Positions 54,204-64,000 of a DNA stretch of 64,000 nucleotides are shown here, in pieces. Location of the stretch: assembly GCA_003252515.1 (NCBI GenBank), contig QKDR01000019.1, positions 11,110 to 75,109 of the forward strand, given 5' to 3'. The stretch's first letter is position 1. Each line of letters begins with the position of its first letter. The notes below the pieces were generated by a model. That model was not told the DNA's origin and ran no database searches. It worked only from the letters and a program-made list of their open reading frames with translations. This DNA is from Candidatus Delongbacteria bacterium (lineage in GTDB: Bacteria > UBA4055). The position numbers were made by a program, and so were the translations under genes.

Positions 54204-55308
54204 TTTTCGCCTTTTTCAGTCTGTAGAAATATGCGGTAACAAAGAACAGCGTAATTAAAGAGACAGCTACTTTCCAGTCTCTTCCCGGCAATCTGTACCT
54301 GAAATAGATATGGTGCGGGATCGAAAGCACGCAGGCTGATAATACTATAATTCTGCCTTTAAGTTCAATGAACCCGTACTTTTCGAATATTGAACCAAGC
54401 AGAAAAAAGAAAACGGGGAACATCGGTACGATCAACCTTTCAGTATCACCCGCAAGAAAACAGCTGGCATAGTAGATCAGGATCAATGCGAGAAAATGGA
54501 TATTCTTTTTAAAGAAATCCTTTGTCGTACTCCAGAATACGAGCGGTATGAAGGTAAGAGGTATAAAAGTGTTGATTATCCGGTAATATGTTATGGGATT
54601 GAACAGCTTGTTCGATTCGTCGAAATGCAGTCTCCCGAAAGAATAAAGCATACCTGAACCGGTCGCGGATTCAGTGACGATCAGAGATCTCAGTATCGCG
54701 AATATAAAAAACGCAGGAAGTACCGAATAAATGATCTTCATTCTGTAGGGCTTTTTGTCTTTCACTATATAGTAATATAGAACTGCGGCAGGAACAAGAA
54801 ACAATATTGTTTCTCTGTTGAGTACGCCTAAAGCAAGAACCGCGCTCATCGTGAAAAAATTGTTTTGCTTTAACTTAATAAGAAACAGTAAGATCAGGAT
54901 GTGGGTCAGAAGATCGTGGACGTCATAAAAATCCCAGACGGGAAATCCGAAAGTATATCTGCCTGCTATGAACAGAATTGTGAGATAGAATACAGTATCC
55001 TCTTTTAACCCGTAAACCTTCAAGTATCTTAAGAAAACGAATGGCAGGATGAAAGACATTATCAGGGTAATTATATAAAAACTCATATCCACATCGAACG
55101 GCATAAGACCGGCAATGTATGGCAAAAGTATCCTGTAGCCGAAGTTTCTTGACACTGTATCGTCAAAACCCGGGGAAGCAAGAGCCATCTGTCTGTAATT
55201 CTGAATGTCCGGAATGTCGGAAAATTGCGCGTGAGTAATATCTATCCGGCCGTAATATACCACCATGACAGCTGTAATAATAAATATAAACAGGTACCTG
55301 TTCTTCAT
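54175..55308 (-). CDS. Polytopic membrane protein, possibly a GT-C-fold glycosyltransferase
   Basis: About 9-10 TM helices; D...Y..MA after TM1, F.YRIL.P, LGVLNRET; coupled to the GT2 gene. Confidence 0.55.
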   Translation of the reverse strand: MKNRYLFIFIITAVMVVYYGRIDITHAQFSDIPDIQNYRQMALASPGFDDTVSRNFGYRILLPYIAGLMPFDVDMSFYIITLIMSFILPFVFLRYLKVYGLKEDTVFYLTILFIAGRYTFGFPVWDFYDVHDLLTHILILLFLIKLKQNNFFTMSAVLALGVLNRETILFLVPAAVLYYYIVKDKKPYRMKIIYSVLPAFFIFAILRSLIVTESATGSGMLYSFGRLHFDESNKLFNPITYYRIINTFIPLTFIPLVFWSTTKDFFKKNIHFLALILIYYASCFLAGDTERLIVPMFPVFFFLLGSIFEKYGFIELKGRIIVLSACVLSIPHHIYFRYRLPGRDWKVAVSLITLFFVTAYFYRLKKAKNVLDSNPDI

Positions 55309-55428
55309 CCGTTCAAATATAAATCAAATACGCGTTAATCAAAATATAAATTTTGAAAATAAACTGTTTCAAAGACAGTCTTTGGAAGTTATATTTAGTT
55401 ATCAATTGAATTAACCGATGAGAGTGCT

Positions 55429-56688
55429 ATGAAAGTCAACACGAATCCGGTCAGAGGTATGAAGGATTTTCTGCCTGACGAGGCCGAACTCAGAGAAAGA
55501 GTGAGAAGAACTATTATTGATACATACACATCTTTCGGATATAGAAAGATCGAGACACCCGCTCTAGAGCATATGGAACTCTTGGGCGGAAGCGACGGCG
55601 GAGAGAACGAAAAGCTAATATTCAAAGTGCTGAAAAGAGGGGAGAAACTCGATCTCGCGAACGCGAAAGACGAAAAAGACCTTTCCGAGGAAGGGCTCAG
55701 GTTCGATCTTACAGTTCCGCTGACCAGGATATACGCTAACAATCAGGGGAATATCCCTCTGCCGTTCAAAGTCATCCAGACCGACTGGGTATTCAGGGCG
55801 GAAAGACCGCAAAAGGGACGTTACCGTCAGTTCATGCAGTGCGATATTGATATAATTGGCGAGAAGGATATTACTGCTGAGATCGACCTTCTGATAGCAT
55901 CTTCTCAGGCGCTTCTGAATCTTGGATTTAAAGATTTTACGATACACGTAAACGACAGGAATATCCTGCACGCGATGGCAGACAAATGGGGATTTAAATC
56001 TGAAGACCACGACAGTGTTTTCATCACCCTCGATAAGCTTGATAAGATCGGAGCTGACGGTATTTTAGAAGAACTTCAGAAAAAGGATTTTGATCAAGGT
56101 GCTGTCGGTTCTATGGTGAATGATATTACTGAGATGGAAGTTGGTACTTTAAACCATTTATACCTCAACGACGATGTTAAGAAAGTTATAGAAGCTGTTT
56201 CTCTGGTATCTGAGGGAAGATATAAGATCAAATTCGATCCGACGCTTGTCCGCGGAATGGGTTACTATACCGGAATGATCTACGAGATAAAAGTTGAAGG
56301 CTATTCCGGTTCGGTCGGCGGCGGCGGCAGGTATGACAAAATGATCGGCAAGCGTACGGGACAGGACGTTCCCGCCTGTGGATTCTCTATCGGTTTCGAA
56401 CGCATCGTTGACATTATGCTCGGAGAGGAAAAAGAGAAAGAGAAGAAAGAGAAGAAAGAGAAGCTGGCAATTATTTTCGATCCTGAAGTTAACGATGTTA
56501 AAAAAGTATATACCGAAGCGGAAACTCAGCGCCTAACCAATAAATATATAGTATCCGTAGTTAAAAAAGAGAAAAAATTCGGAAAGCAGTTGAAAAAATT
56601 GCACGATTCCGGATTCACAAGATACGGAGAGCTGACGGATAATATTTCTGCTTTTACGACTAAAGAGTTGAAAATGAATGAAGAATAA
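55429..56688 (+). CDS. hisS: Histidine--tRNA ligase
   Basis: RGMKDFLP, IETP..E, LRFDLTVP, FRAERPQKGRYRQFMQCDID, LVRGMGYYTG..YE, GGGRYD, GFSIGFERI. Confidence 0.96.
   Translation: MKVNTNPVRGMKDFLPDEAELRERVRRTIIDTYTSFGYRKIETPALEHMELLGGSDGGENEKLIFKVLKRGEKLDLANAKDEKDLSEEGLRFDLTVPLTRIYANNQGNIPLPFKVIQTDWVFRAERPQKGRYRQFMQCDIDIIGEKDITAEIDLLIASSQALLNLGFKDFTIHVNDRNILHAMADKWGFKSEDHDSVFITLDKLDKIGADGILEELQKKDFDQGAVGSMVNDITEMEVGTLNHLYLNDDVKKVIEAVSLVSEGRYKIKFDPTLVRGMGYYTGMIYEIKVEGYSGSVGGGGRYDKMIGKRTGQDVPACGFSIGFERIVDIMLGEEKEKEKKEKKEKLAIIFDPEVNDVKKVYTEAETQRLTNKYIVSVVKKEKKFGKQLKKLHDSGFTRYGELTDNISAFTTKELKMNEE
56437..56463. repeat. In-frame 9-bp tandem repeat x3 in the hisS linker
   Basis: (AAAGAGAAG)3, encoding KEK KEK KEK. 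Confidence 0.75.
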
Positions 56689-57601
56689 ATTAGTGATACT
56701 GGGAGCAGGCGGTGTCGGGACGGCGATCGGCGCGGCTCTTGCTGAAAAATATTATGAGGAGACCCTCCTCATAGGCAGAAAAGAGCACGTTTTTGCGCTC
56801 AACCTGAAGGGCTGCGATATAACCGGTTCGATGAAACGAAGCATCAAAGCAAAAGCCGCGGAGGAAATTGATTTCCCTCTGGAAAACGCTCTCCTGATCG
56901 TAGCCGTGAAAATAACGGATCTCGAAAGCTCGCTTAGAAAAATACAGCCTTATCTGACAGATACGACTTCGGTATTGCTTATCCAGAACGGCTACGGTGT
57001 AAAGAACATTGCGAACAGAGCTCTGTTCGGACTGATCGATCAGGAGAAGGTTTTCCAGGCGATCGCCGCTATGGGCGCCGTTCTTTCCGCCCCGGGTCAG
57101 CTGGAGCTTTATCCCGGCGGACTGAAAGCGGAGAAAGCGTTCGCTGAGTCAGAATACGGGGATATTTTCAAAGACACGTTCTTCGATTTTAAAGTGACTT
57201 TCGATCTTGAGAAAGCGATATGGATCAAGCTGATCATAAACTCTATAGCTAATCCGCTTTCAGTGATCTTCCGCGCGAAGAACAAAGTGATCGCGGAAGA
57301 GAGAATGAACGGCGTAAAGGATATGCTCCTTCAGGAGGGACTGGCGGTCGCGAAAGCGGAAGGGCATGATATCAGGCTGACCGTACAAGATATAAATTCG
57401 TTCATAAACAGCGACAACAGGACTTCGATGCTTCAGGATCATTTCAGAAAAAGACCGAACGAGATAGATTACATTAACGGCGCTATAATCTCAGCAGCGG
57501 AAAAGCACGATATTAATGTTCCGGCGAACAAGCTGGTGTACGATATAGTTAAAAACATCGAAATAAACAATTTCGAAGGTAAAGAAGAGTTAAATCTGTA
57601 A
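56678..57601 (+). CDS. panE: 2-dehydropantoate 2-reductase
   Basis: LGAGGVG, IVAVK, LIQNG.G, IW.KL..N...NPL, N.TSMLQD....R..E.DYING. Confidence 0.9.
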   Translation: MKNKLVILGAGGVGTAIGAALAEKYYEETLLIGRKEHVFALNLKGCDITGSMKRSIKAKAAEEIDFPLENALLIVAVKITDLESSLRKIQPYLTDTTSVLLIQNGYGVKNIANRALFGLIDQEKVFQAIAAMGAVLSAPGQLELYPGGLKAEKAFAESEYGDIFKDTFFDFKVTFDLEKAIWIKLIINSIANPLSVIFRAKNKVIAEERMNGVKDMLLQEGLAVAKAEGHDIRLTVQDINSFINSDNRTSMLQDHFRKRPNEIDYINGAIISAAEKHDINVPANKLVYDIVKNIEINNFEGKEELNL

Positions 57602-57609
57602 GGCGCCGA

Positions 57610-58398
57610 TTGGAATTTTATGAAATAATAATACTTCTTATAACAGGTCTCGCTTCAGGGTTCCTGTCCGGGTTTCTCGGTATAGGCGGAGGTATTATCA
57701 CCATACCTGTAATGATCATCTTTCTGGAAGGAAAAGTTCCGCAGGAGAACCTGTTTCTCGCAACTTCAACAATATCTCTCGCAATAATCGTGCTGTCATC
57801 GCTTAACGCGTCGCTAAAGCATATAAGACACGGGAATTATTACAAACAAGCCATAATACCTCTCGTTCTGGGATCAATAATCGGACCTATACCGGGTAAC
57901 TACATCTGTTATGTGATCGACGATAAAAGCAGGATAACCTTTTTTGCGGTCGTGATATTACTTCTCGCGTTCAAGATACTCTGGTTCAGAAACAAAGATG
58001 ACAACGACAGAGCAAGTTTCAATTTCTGGATCATGCTTGCAGCGGGAATCGTTATGGGTATGATATCGTCGATGACGGGCCTTGGCGGAGGAGCCGTTTT
58101 AGTGCCTCTTCTGACTGTATTTTTGCACTTCGATATTAAAAAAGCTGTCGGAATATCCACGATCGTCATGATCTTTACTGCTGCTTCCGGACTTGTTGGC
58201 AGGATTTATACGGGGGTCAGCGGCTATCTGTCATACGATGTATTCCTTCCGTTCTTCCTGACAATAACCGTCGGAACTCTGTTCTCGGCCAGACTGGGAG
58301 CGGCATTCAATATAAAAAGCAAGAGTAAGAATATAAAAGTATTCGCGTCAATTCTTTATTTTATTGTGGCGATAAAGATGATCTGGAGAGTGATTTGA
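57610..58398 (+). CDS. TauE/SafE (TSUP) family exporter
   Basis: G..SG.LSG.LGIGGG.I..P repeated as G..MG.ISS..GLGGG..LVP; KKAVG.S. Confidence 0.9.
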   Translation: MEFYEIIILLITGLASGFLSGFLGIGGGIITIPVMIIFLEGKVPQENLFLATSTISLAIIVLSSLNASLKHIRHGNYYKQAIIPLVLGSIIGPIPGNYICYVIDDKSRITFFAVVILLLAFKILWFRNKDDNDRASFNFWIMLAAGIVMGMISSMTGLGGGAVLVPLLTVFLHFDIKKAVGISTIVMIFTAASGLVGRIYTGVSGYLSYDVFLPFFLTITVGTLFSARLGAAFNIKSKSKNIKVFASILYFIVAIKMIWRVI

Positions 58399-59931
58399 GC
58401 GGTTCTGCCGGAAATACGAGAGTAAGAGGGAATATCTTTAAGATATTTACAGGGACTTTCATTTCAAGAATATTCGGGTTCGTTCGCGAGATGGTCGTCG
58501 CATGGTTCTTCGGTACATCGAAGACTGCCGACGCATTCTCTTTCGCGCTGATATTCCCGAACCTTTTCAGGCAGATCCTCGGCGAGGACATGGTGGAACG
58601 CGCATTCATGCCTCCGTTCAAGACGAAATACGATCAGGGTGACGCTGCGGGTTCCTGGAAGTTCCTGTCAGTTATATTCAACTGGTTTTTCGTATCGCTG
58701 CTGATCGTGATGACGCTGTTGTATCTTATTACTCCGCTGGTATTCATTCTGCTGAAGAAATTCAACACGGGAGCGGACTTCGATTACGATCTCTCGCTTA
58801 AGCTGATCTTCATACTTATGCCGTTCATGCTGTTCATTGGACTGGCCGCCTTCGTCGGGAGCCTGCTGGATATTCGGCTTCGCCCCGATCATGCTGAGCG
58901 TCGGTGTCATCCTGGGTATCGTCTGGCTTGAGCCCGTAATCGGCGATTATTCGATCGCAGCAGGTTATCTTCTCGGCGCTTTCCTGCAGTTCATAGTCCA
59001 CATTCCGTTCCTCGTATCGAAGAAGTTCAGGGGCGAAACGGAAATAAAATATTCGCTTACCTTTAAGGACGGCTCGAACGACTATAGGGTAATAAAGCGG
59101 GAGTCGAAGATAATCACTCTCAACGCTGTGTTCAACAAGAGCGCCGAGTTCTTCGACAGGCTCATCGCAACATGGCTGATCACCGGTTCAGCTTCCTCAC
59201 TGTTCTATTCTCAGAGGCTTTTCCAGCTTCCGTTCGCGATAATTTCTCTTCCGATCGCAAGGGGAATAAATCCTCTGCTGAATACGCTCAAAAGCCTCAG
59301 CGACCGCGAAAAGTTCACTGAACTTTTCGAGAAAGGCAGCCGCATTTACTACAGCATACTCATACCCGTCACGGTTATCTGCATAGCGGCATCGGACGAG
59401 ATTGTTTCTGTCATATACAGGCGCGGCGCCTTTGACTCAGCTTCGCTGAGCATGACCTCGCAGGCCTTCGTCATGTATTCCCTCGGCCTTATCCCGGTCA
59501 GCTTCGCAGGATATTACATGCGTGTCCTGTCTCTGGTCAGCAAGAACATTCATTCCCTTAAAGTATCAGTCATCAGCGCAGGTATCAACGTCGTACTGTC
59601 GTATATCCTCGCCGTCTTCACTCCAATGGGCCATGCCGGCGTCGCTCTCGGAACTTCGCTCGCTTTCTATTACAATATGATAAGACTCAACACCTACATC
59701 AAAGTCGAAATGAAAGATCTGCTCCTCCCCGGGAAAGCGATATTCTTTACAAAAGGGAACATCATTTCAATAATAACCGGGATCATCCTGATCTTTTTAC
59801 TCAGATCGGAATTTATTTCAAATGTTAAAATTTGCGAGGGCAGTATAAACATTCCCGTTACCGGAACTCTGAAAGCACTTGTGATAATCGCAGTATATAT
59901 GCTGATCGTAAGGATCACTAGTAAAAAATAA
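58395..59931 (+). pseudogene. murJ: Lipid II flippase MurJ/MviN, split by a frameshift at about 58866-58869 (real lesion or assembly error)
   Basis: The 5' ORF has SRIFGFVRE...A.FFG....DAF..A...PN.FR...GE......AF.P. The 3' ORF has LQF...P, D..IA..L..G..S.L.Y.QRL.QLP, Y.RGAFD and GH.G.AL..S. Confidence 0.85.
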
Positions 59932-59941
59932 ATTTCATTAC

Positions 59942-59970
59942 TTGATGTAATTACATATTTTGCTTAAATT
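59942..59970 (+). promoter_or_regulatory. Putative pgi promoter with an overlapping 12-bp palindrome
   Basis: TTGATG-17 nt-TAAATT; palindrome ATGTAATTACAT at 59945-59956. Confidence 0.5.
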
Positions 59971-60002
59971 CATATCGGATAATAAATTCCGTAGAGGTTC
60001 TT

Positions 60003-61640
60003 ATGCTCAAAAAAATAAATCCTACGCATACGATCGCCTGGGAGAAGCTGATGAGGCACTATAAAGAGATCCGGAAGATGCATCTGAGAACTCTGTTTGA
60101 AGATAAGAACAGATTTAAGAAGTTCTCTTTAAGATTTGAAGACATTCTGATTGACTATTCAAAGAATAAGATAGACGAGACTACAATTTCACTTTTGATC
60201 AATCTTGCTGATGAAGTGGGTCTTTCCAAAGCTATAGCGTCCATGTTCGACGGTGACAGGATCAACGAGACCGAAAGCAGAGCGGTCCTTCATATCGCGC
60301 TAAGGGACTTTAAGAGCAGGGAGTTTAAAATTGACGGGAAAGATATACTTACGGATGTTCGTGAAGTAAGAGAAAAGATGAAATCCTTCTCCGAGTCCGT
60401 CCGAAGCGGAATCTGGAAAGGTTATACAGGGAAAAAGATCACTGATGTCGTGAACATCGGAATAGGCGGTTCTGACCTCGGGCCATACATGGTATGCGAA
60501 GCACTTAAATTTTACGCCGACGGTCCGGAAGTTCATTTCGTTTCGAACGTGGACGGAACACATATAACAGAGACCCTAAAGCGGCTTGATCCCAAAACGA
60601 CGCTTTTCCTTATAGCCTCCAAGACCTTCACGACCCAGGAAACGATGACCAACGCGAATACCGCACGGGAATGGTTTTTGAATAAAGCCAAGAAGAAAGA
60701 GTATATAAAGAAGCATTTCGCGGCGATGTCGACCAATGCCGGGAAAGTATCGGAATTCGGTATCGACAAAAAGAACATGTTCGAATTCTGGGACTTTGTC
60801 GGCGGGCGTTATTCGCTGTGGTCCGCGATAGGTCTTCCTATAGCTATATCCGCCGGATACGAACGTTTCGAAGAGCTGCTCAAAGGCGCGGAGAGCATGG
60901 ATATACACTTCAGGTCGACACCGATAAAAAAGAACATTCCCGTAATACTAGGACTTCTCGGTGTGTGGTACTCGGATTTCTTCGGAGCATCATGCGAAAT
61001 GATATTGCCTTACGACCAGTACCTGCACAGGTTCCCGGCCTACCTCCAGCAGCTTTCAATGGAGAGCAACGGCAAAAGCACGACGCGCGACGGATCGAAA
61101 GTGAATTATCCCACTGGGCAGATACTTCTCGGTGAGCCGGGTACGAACGGACAGCACTCGTTCTACCAGCTGATCCATCAGGGGACCAGAACGGTCCCGT
61201 GCGATTTCCTCTGTGCGAAAGAACCGCTCAACAAGGCGGGAGACCATCATGAGAAGCTGCTTTCAAACTTTCTGGCGCAGACCGAAGCGCTGATGAACGG
61301 CAAGACGAAGGAGGAAGTGATAGATCAACTTGAACGGGCGGGATTTCAGGCGGCAGAGATAAGGAAACTCTACCCGCACAAGATATTCGAAGGTGACCAT
61401 CCGACCAATTCGATCGTTTACGATAAACTTACACCGGGCGCGCTGGGCAAACTTATCGCGATGTATGAGCATAAGACATTCGTTCAGGGTGTGATTTGGA
61501 ATATATTCAGCTTTGATCAGTGGGGAGTTGAACTTGGGAAAGAACTGGCGGTTAAAATACTGAAGGAGCTTAAAGACGGAAAATCATCGAAAGGACATGA
61601 CTGCTCGACCGGAGGACTTCTTAAATATTTAGTGAAATGA
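60003..61640 (+). CDS. pgi: Glucose-6-phosphate isomerase
   Basis: [73 protein letters not shown]. Confidence 0.97.
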   Translation: MLKKINPTHTIAWEKLMRHYKEIRKMHLRTLFEDKNRFKKFSLRFEDILIDYSKNKIDETTISLLINLADEVGLSKAIASMFDGDRINETESRAVLHIALRDFKSREFKIDGKDILTDVREVREKMKSFSESVRSGIWKGYTGKKITDVVNIGIGGSDLGPYMVCEALKFYADGPEVHFVSNVDGTHITETLKRLDPKTTLFLIASKTFTTQETMTNANTAREWFLNKAKKKEYIKKHFAAMSTNAGKVSEFGIDKKNMFEFWDFVGGRYSLWSAIGLPIAISAGYERFEELLKGAESMDIHFRSTPIKKNIPVILGLLGVWYSDFFGASCEMILPYDQYLHRFPAYLQQLSMESNGKSTTRDGSKVNYPTGQILLGEPGTNGQHSFYQLIHQGTRTVPCDFLCAKEPLNKAGDHHEKLLSNFLAQTEALMNGKTKEEVIDQLERAGFQAAEIRKLYPHKIFEGDHPTNSIVYDKLTPGALGKLIAMYEHKTFVQGVIWNIFSFDQWGVELGKELAVKILKELKDGKSSKGHDCSTGGLLKYLVK

Positions 61641-61650
61641 CGCGGAAAGT

Positions 61651-62130
61651 ATGAAGAAAAAACTGTTCATTATAATTTCAATTATAGCTGCGATCCTTAT
61701 CTCGTCCTGCTCATCTGCGGGAGTCAGGGAAGATGTATCATATTCCTCCGATACGGGTCAATATAAAGGCGACCTCGAAAAGTTCTTCAGGAAATACGAG
61801 AATGTTCCGCATAAGATGGGCGCGACCGGCCCGAAGGCATTCGACTGCAGCGGTTTTGTCGGAAGAGCTTTCAGAGAAGTATACGGGATCGAACTGCCGA
61901 GGACTTCACAGACCATGTACGGCGTCGGCAAATCAGTTAAAAGGAGCGATCTGAAATACGGAGACCTCGTTTTCTTCAACATATACGGAAAAGGAATATC
62001 CCATGTCGGCATCTATACGGGGAAGAACTCATTTATTCATGCTTCGACTAAGCTCGGAGTGACGAAAAGCGACTTAAATCTTGAATATTACAGGGCCCGA
62101 TACGTCGGGGCAAGGAGAATACTCGAATGA
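61651..62130 (+). CDS. NlpC/P60 (C40) peptidase lipoprotein
   Basis: Lipobox ISSC; FDCSGF, LPRTS, GDLVFF, SHVGIY, FIHAS, ARR. Confidence 0.93.
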   Translation: MKKKLFIIISIIAAILISSCSSAGVREDVSYSSDTGQYKGDLEKFFRKYENVPHKMGATGPKAFDCSGFVGRAFREVYGIELPRTSQTMYGVGKSVKRSDLKYGDLVFFNIYGKGISHVGIYTGKNSFIHASTKLGVTKSDLNLEYYRARYVGARRILE

Positions 62131-63485
62131 AGAAAATAATGACGGTGTTATTACTGTTCGCGGCATTCATGCTGACGGCCAAAGAGTACTTTTATGTTGA
62201 TTACTCATGTTTCAGAACGGCTGACGACTCAAAGACAAGAACGGATATCTATATATCCATCCCTGTCATATATCTGGAATTCGACAATTCGCTAACAAGC
62301 CTTTTTGCCATAAGCGTTTATATTTATGACGGAAACAAGCTTGTCAAAGAGGACAAATGGAAACAGAAATATATTATCGGCAATGAATCCGAAAAATATT
62401 CGGGAGCTGAGATACCTGTGCTTTCAAAGCTTGAGCTGCCTCCGGGATATTACAAACTGGTAGTCGAAGTGGAAGACCTGAACGCGGGGAAAAAGATCGA
62501 CACTCTGGAAGTACCTCAGGAATCCAAGATGTTCATGGTCGCGGCTTTTTCGGACAAATTCTCCATCTCAACCATACAGCTGGCTTCCAGGATCATAACG
62601 GACAAACCTGATGAGAAATCCGAGTTCTACAGGCAGGGGGTCGTTATCCTTCCCAATCCGAGCAAGGTTTTCGGTACGACAAGACCTTTCCTGTATTATT
62701 ATCTTGAGCTGTACGGGCTTAATGAGGATGACGAGATAGAATATACATGGACGATATCTTCAGCTGAAACTGATGAAGTCAAGAAAGGCGATATGCAGTT
62801 GAAAAAGTCTCCCGGCAGATCCCTTGTGCTGGCGGACAGGATATCCGTTCCCGTTCTTAAGACAGGATCGTACGATCTGAGCGTTAAGATCACCAATAAA
62901 ACTTCTGGAAAAACGATCGAAGGTCGGAATAATTTTTACATGTACCGAAAGCTTGATTTCGTAAAAGACAGGTACAGACTGCCTGATGACATCTCGGCTT
63001 CTCAAAGAGATTCTCTCGAACTCGATATAATGAAGGACGAAGACGTCTCAACCGAATTCGATCAGGTATATTCGATACTGGAGAAGACGGATCAGAACAA
63101 GTATACCGGGCTGATAATCAACGGTAAAAGAGAATTTTTGAAGAAATACTGGACGGATCAGGAGAAGAAACAGGAAAACGCGAGAGACAATTTTAAAGCT
63201 CTGATCATTAAGATAAATACCGAATTTTCGAGCAAGAATACAGAGGGATGGAAAACCGACAGAGGCAGGATTCACCTGAAGCTCGGTCCTCCGAACAAAA
63301 GAGATATCGAGACTTATAATAACGAAACGCAGGATCACGAGGTCTGGAGTTATTTTACGGGCGGGTATACATTTGTCTTCGCTGACCCTCACGGGCTTGA
63401 CGATTTCAAACTGATCCATTCCGATTATCCCGGCGAGAAATACGATCCGAACTGGGAGACCAAGATCAAGAAGAGCAACTATTAA
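62127..63485 (+). CDS. GWxTD domain-containing exported protein
   Basis: Signal peptide; PNPS..F; R..FL..YW; FS....EGWKTDRGRI..K.GPP; EVW.Y; F.F.D..G...F.L.HS. Confidence 0.88.
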   Translation: MKKIMTVLLLFAAFMLTAKEYFYVDYSCFRTADDSKTRTDIYISIPVIYLEFDNSLTSLFAISVYIYDGNKLVKEDKWKQKYIIGNESEKYSGAEIPVLSKLELPPGYYKLVVEVEDLNAGKKIDTLEVPQESKMFMVAAFSDKFSISTIQLASRIITDKPDEKSEFYRQGVVILPNPSKVFGTTRPFLYYYLELYGLNEDDEIEYTWTISSAETDEVKKGDMQLKKSPGRSLVLADRISVPVLKTGSYDLSVKITNKTSGKTIEGRNNFYMYRKLDFVKDRYRLPDDISASQRDSLELDIMKDEDVSTEFDQVYSILEKTDQNKYTGLIINGKREFLKKYWTDQEKKQENARDNFKALIIKINTEFSSKNTEGWKTDRGRIHLKLGPPNKRDIETYNNETQDHEVWSYFTGGYTFVFADPHGLDDFKLIHSDYPGEKYDPNWETKIKKSNY

Positions 63486-63989
63486 TTGATCATAGACGGG
63501 TTCGAGATACAGATCGTAAGGTCGAAGGCGAGAAAAAAGACCGTTCAGGCCAGACTTATCGGGGATAATACGGTAAAGGTTATGGCTCCGTACCACACGA
63601 CTGACGCTTTTATCAAGGATTTCGTAACAAAAGCGATCAAGAAATTTAAGAATAAAGTTCCCGTTGCTAAGGGTGAAACCGACCTTCAGAATAGAGCCGA
63701 AATGTTAAGGGACAAATACATTCCGAAAGCACCGAATTTCACTATAACTTACTCGAACCGGCTCAAGCGCAGCTGGGGCAAGTGCTTTTTCAGAACCCGG
63801 GAGATCATCATCAATCCCGTCCTCGCGGACTTTCCCCGCTGGGTGTCGGACATGGTCATCATACACGAGATCGCTCACCTCATCTATCCCAACCACGGAA
63901 AGCAGTTCAGGGAACTCGTCTCCCGCTACAGGCTCAAAGAACGTGCCACAGGATACCTGCTTGCGAAAGGGCTGAAAGCGGAGGAGTAA
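63486..63989 (+). CDS. YgjP/DUF45-like zinc metalloprotein (M48-related)
   Basis: RS..R.KTV.AR, WG.C, P.WV.D.VIIHEIAHL...NH...F..LV.RY...ERA.GYL; TTG start abuts the upstream stop. Confidence 0.88.
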   Translation: MIIDGFEIQIVRSKARKKTVQARLIGDNTVKVMAPYHTTDAFIKDFVTKAIKKFKNKVPVAKGETDLQNRAEMLRDKYIPKAPNFTITYSNRLKRSWGKCFFRTREIIINPVLADFPRWVSDMVIIHEIAHLIYPNHGKQFRELVSRYRLKERATGYLLAKGLKAEE

Positions 63990-64000
63990 AAATTATATTT

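Noticed and set aside
58395..59931. Programmed ribosomal frameshift or a genuine two-gene murJ
   Set aside because: There is no slippery site, conserved residues appear to be missing at the junction, and the second ORF has no credible start or RBS.
254..63896. Many 60-200 aa ORFs antisense to or overlapping the annotated genes (e.g. 16870..17475, 14627..15334, 41691..42293, 63048..63596)
   Set aside because: They are shadow ORFs of well-conserved genes, with no recognisable motifs or convincing RBS.

Overview
A gene-dense, mostly housekeeping and metabolic 64-kb window from an anaerobic diderm bacterium. It is inferred to be FCB-group, possibly Delongbacteria/Cloacimonadota-like, from the SprA translocon, a T9SS-type C-terminal domain and a GWxTD protein; this was not verified by search. 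I found no CRISPR array, prophage, transposase or rRNA. The order is: 5'-truncated TPR-CHAT protein; ptb-ptb-buk; PspC/SPFH; an 11-kb operon hdrA(+degenerate MvhD)-hdrC-hdrB-frdB-like-frdA-like-sucCD-fumarase alpha/beta-malic enzyme; DTW protein; cyclase; TolC/MFP/RND pump; two secreted proteins sharing an unnamed repeated domain; GyrI-like fusion; ankyrin-metallo-beta-lactamase-fold fusion; XRE module; a carboxyltransferase-biotin carrier-U32-radical SAM-GNAT operon; tRNA-Leu(TAG); gdhA; M42-Hsp15-degenerate ABC-TPR-sprA-xseA; a glycosyltransferase pair; hisS-panE-TauE-murJ (frameshifted); and pgi-NlpC/P60-GWxTD-YgjP. The best candidate for an undescribed system is the Hdr-linked, membrane-anchor-free fumarate reductase operon. 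It has an intact bifurcating HdrA flavin site, a vestigial MvhD domain, a flavoprotein lacking the covalent-FAD His and an Fe-S subunit with two [4Fe-4S] motifs. All family calls come from motif recognition by eye; no database searches were run.
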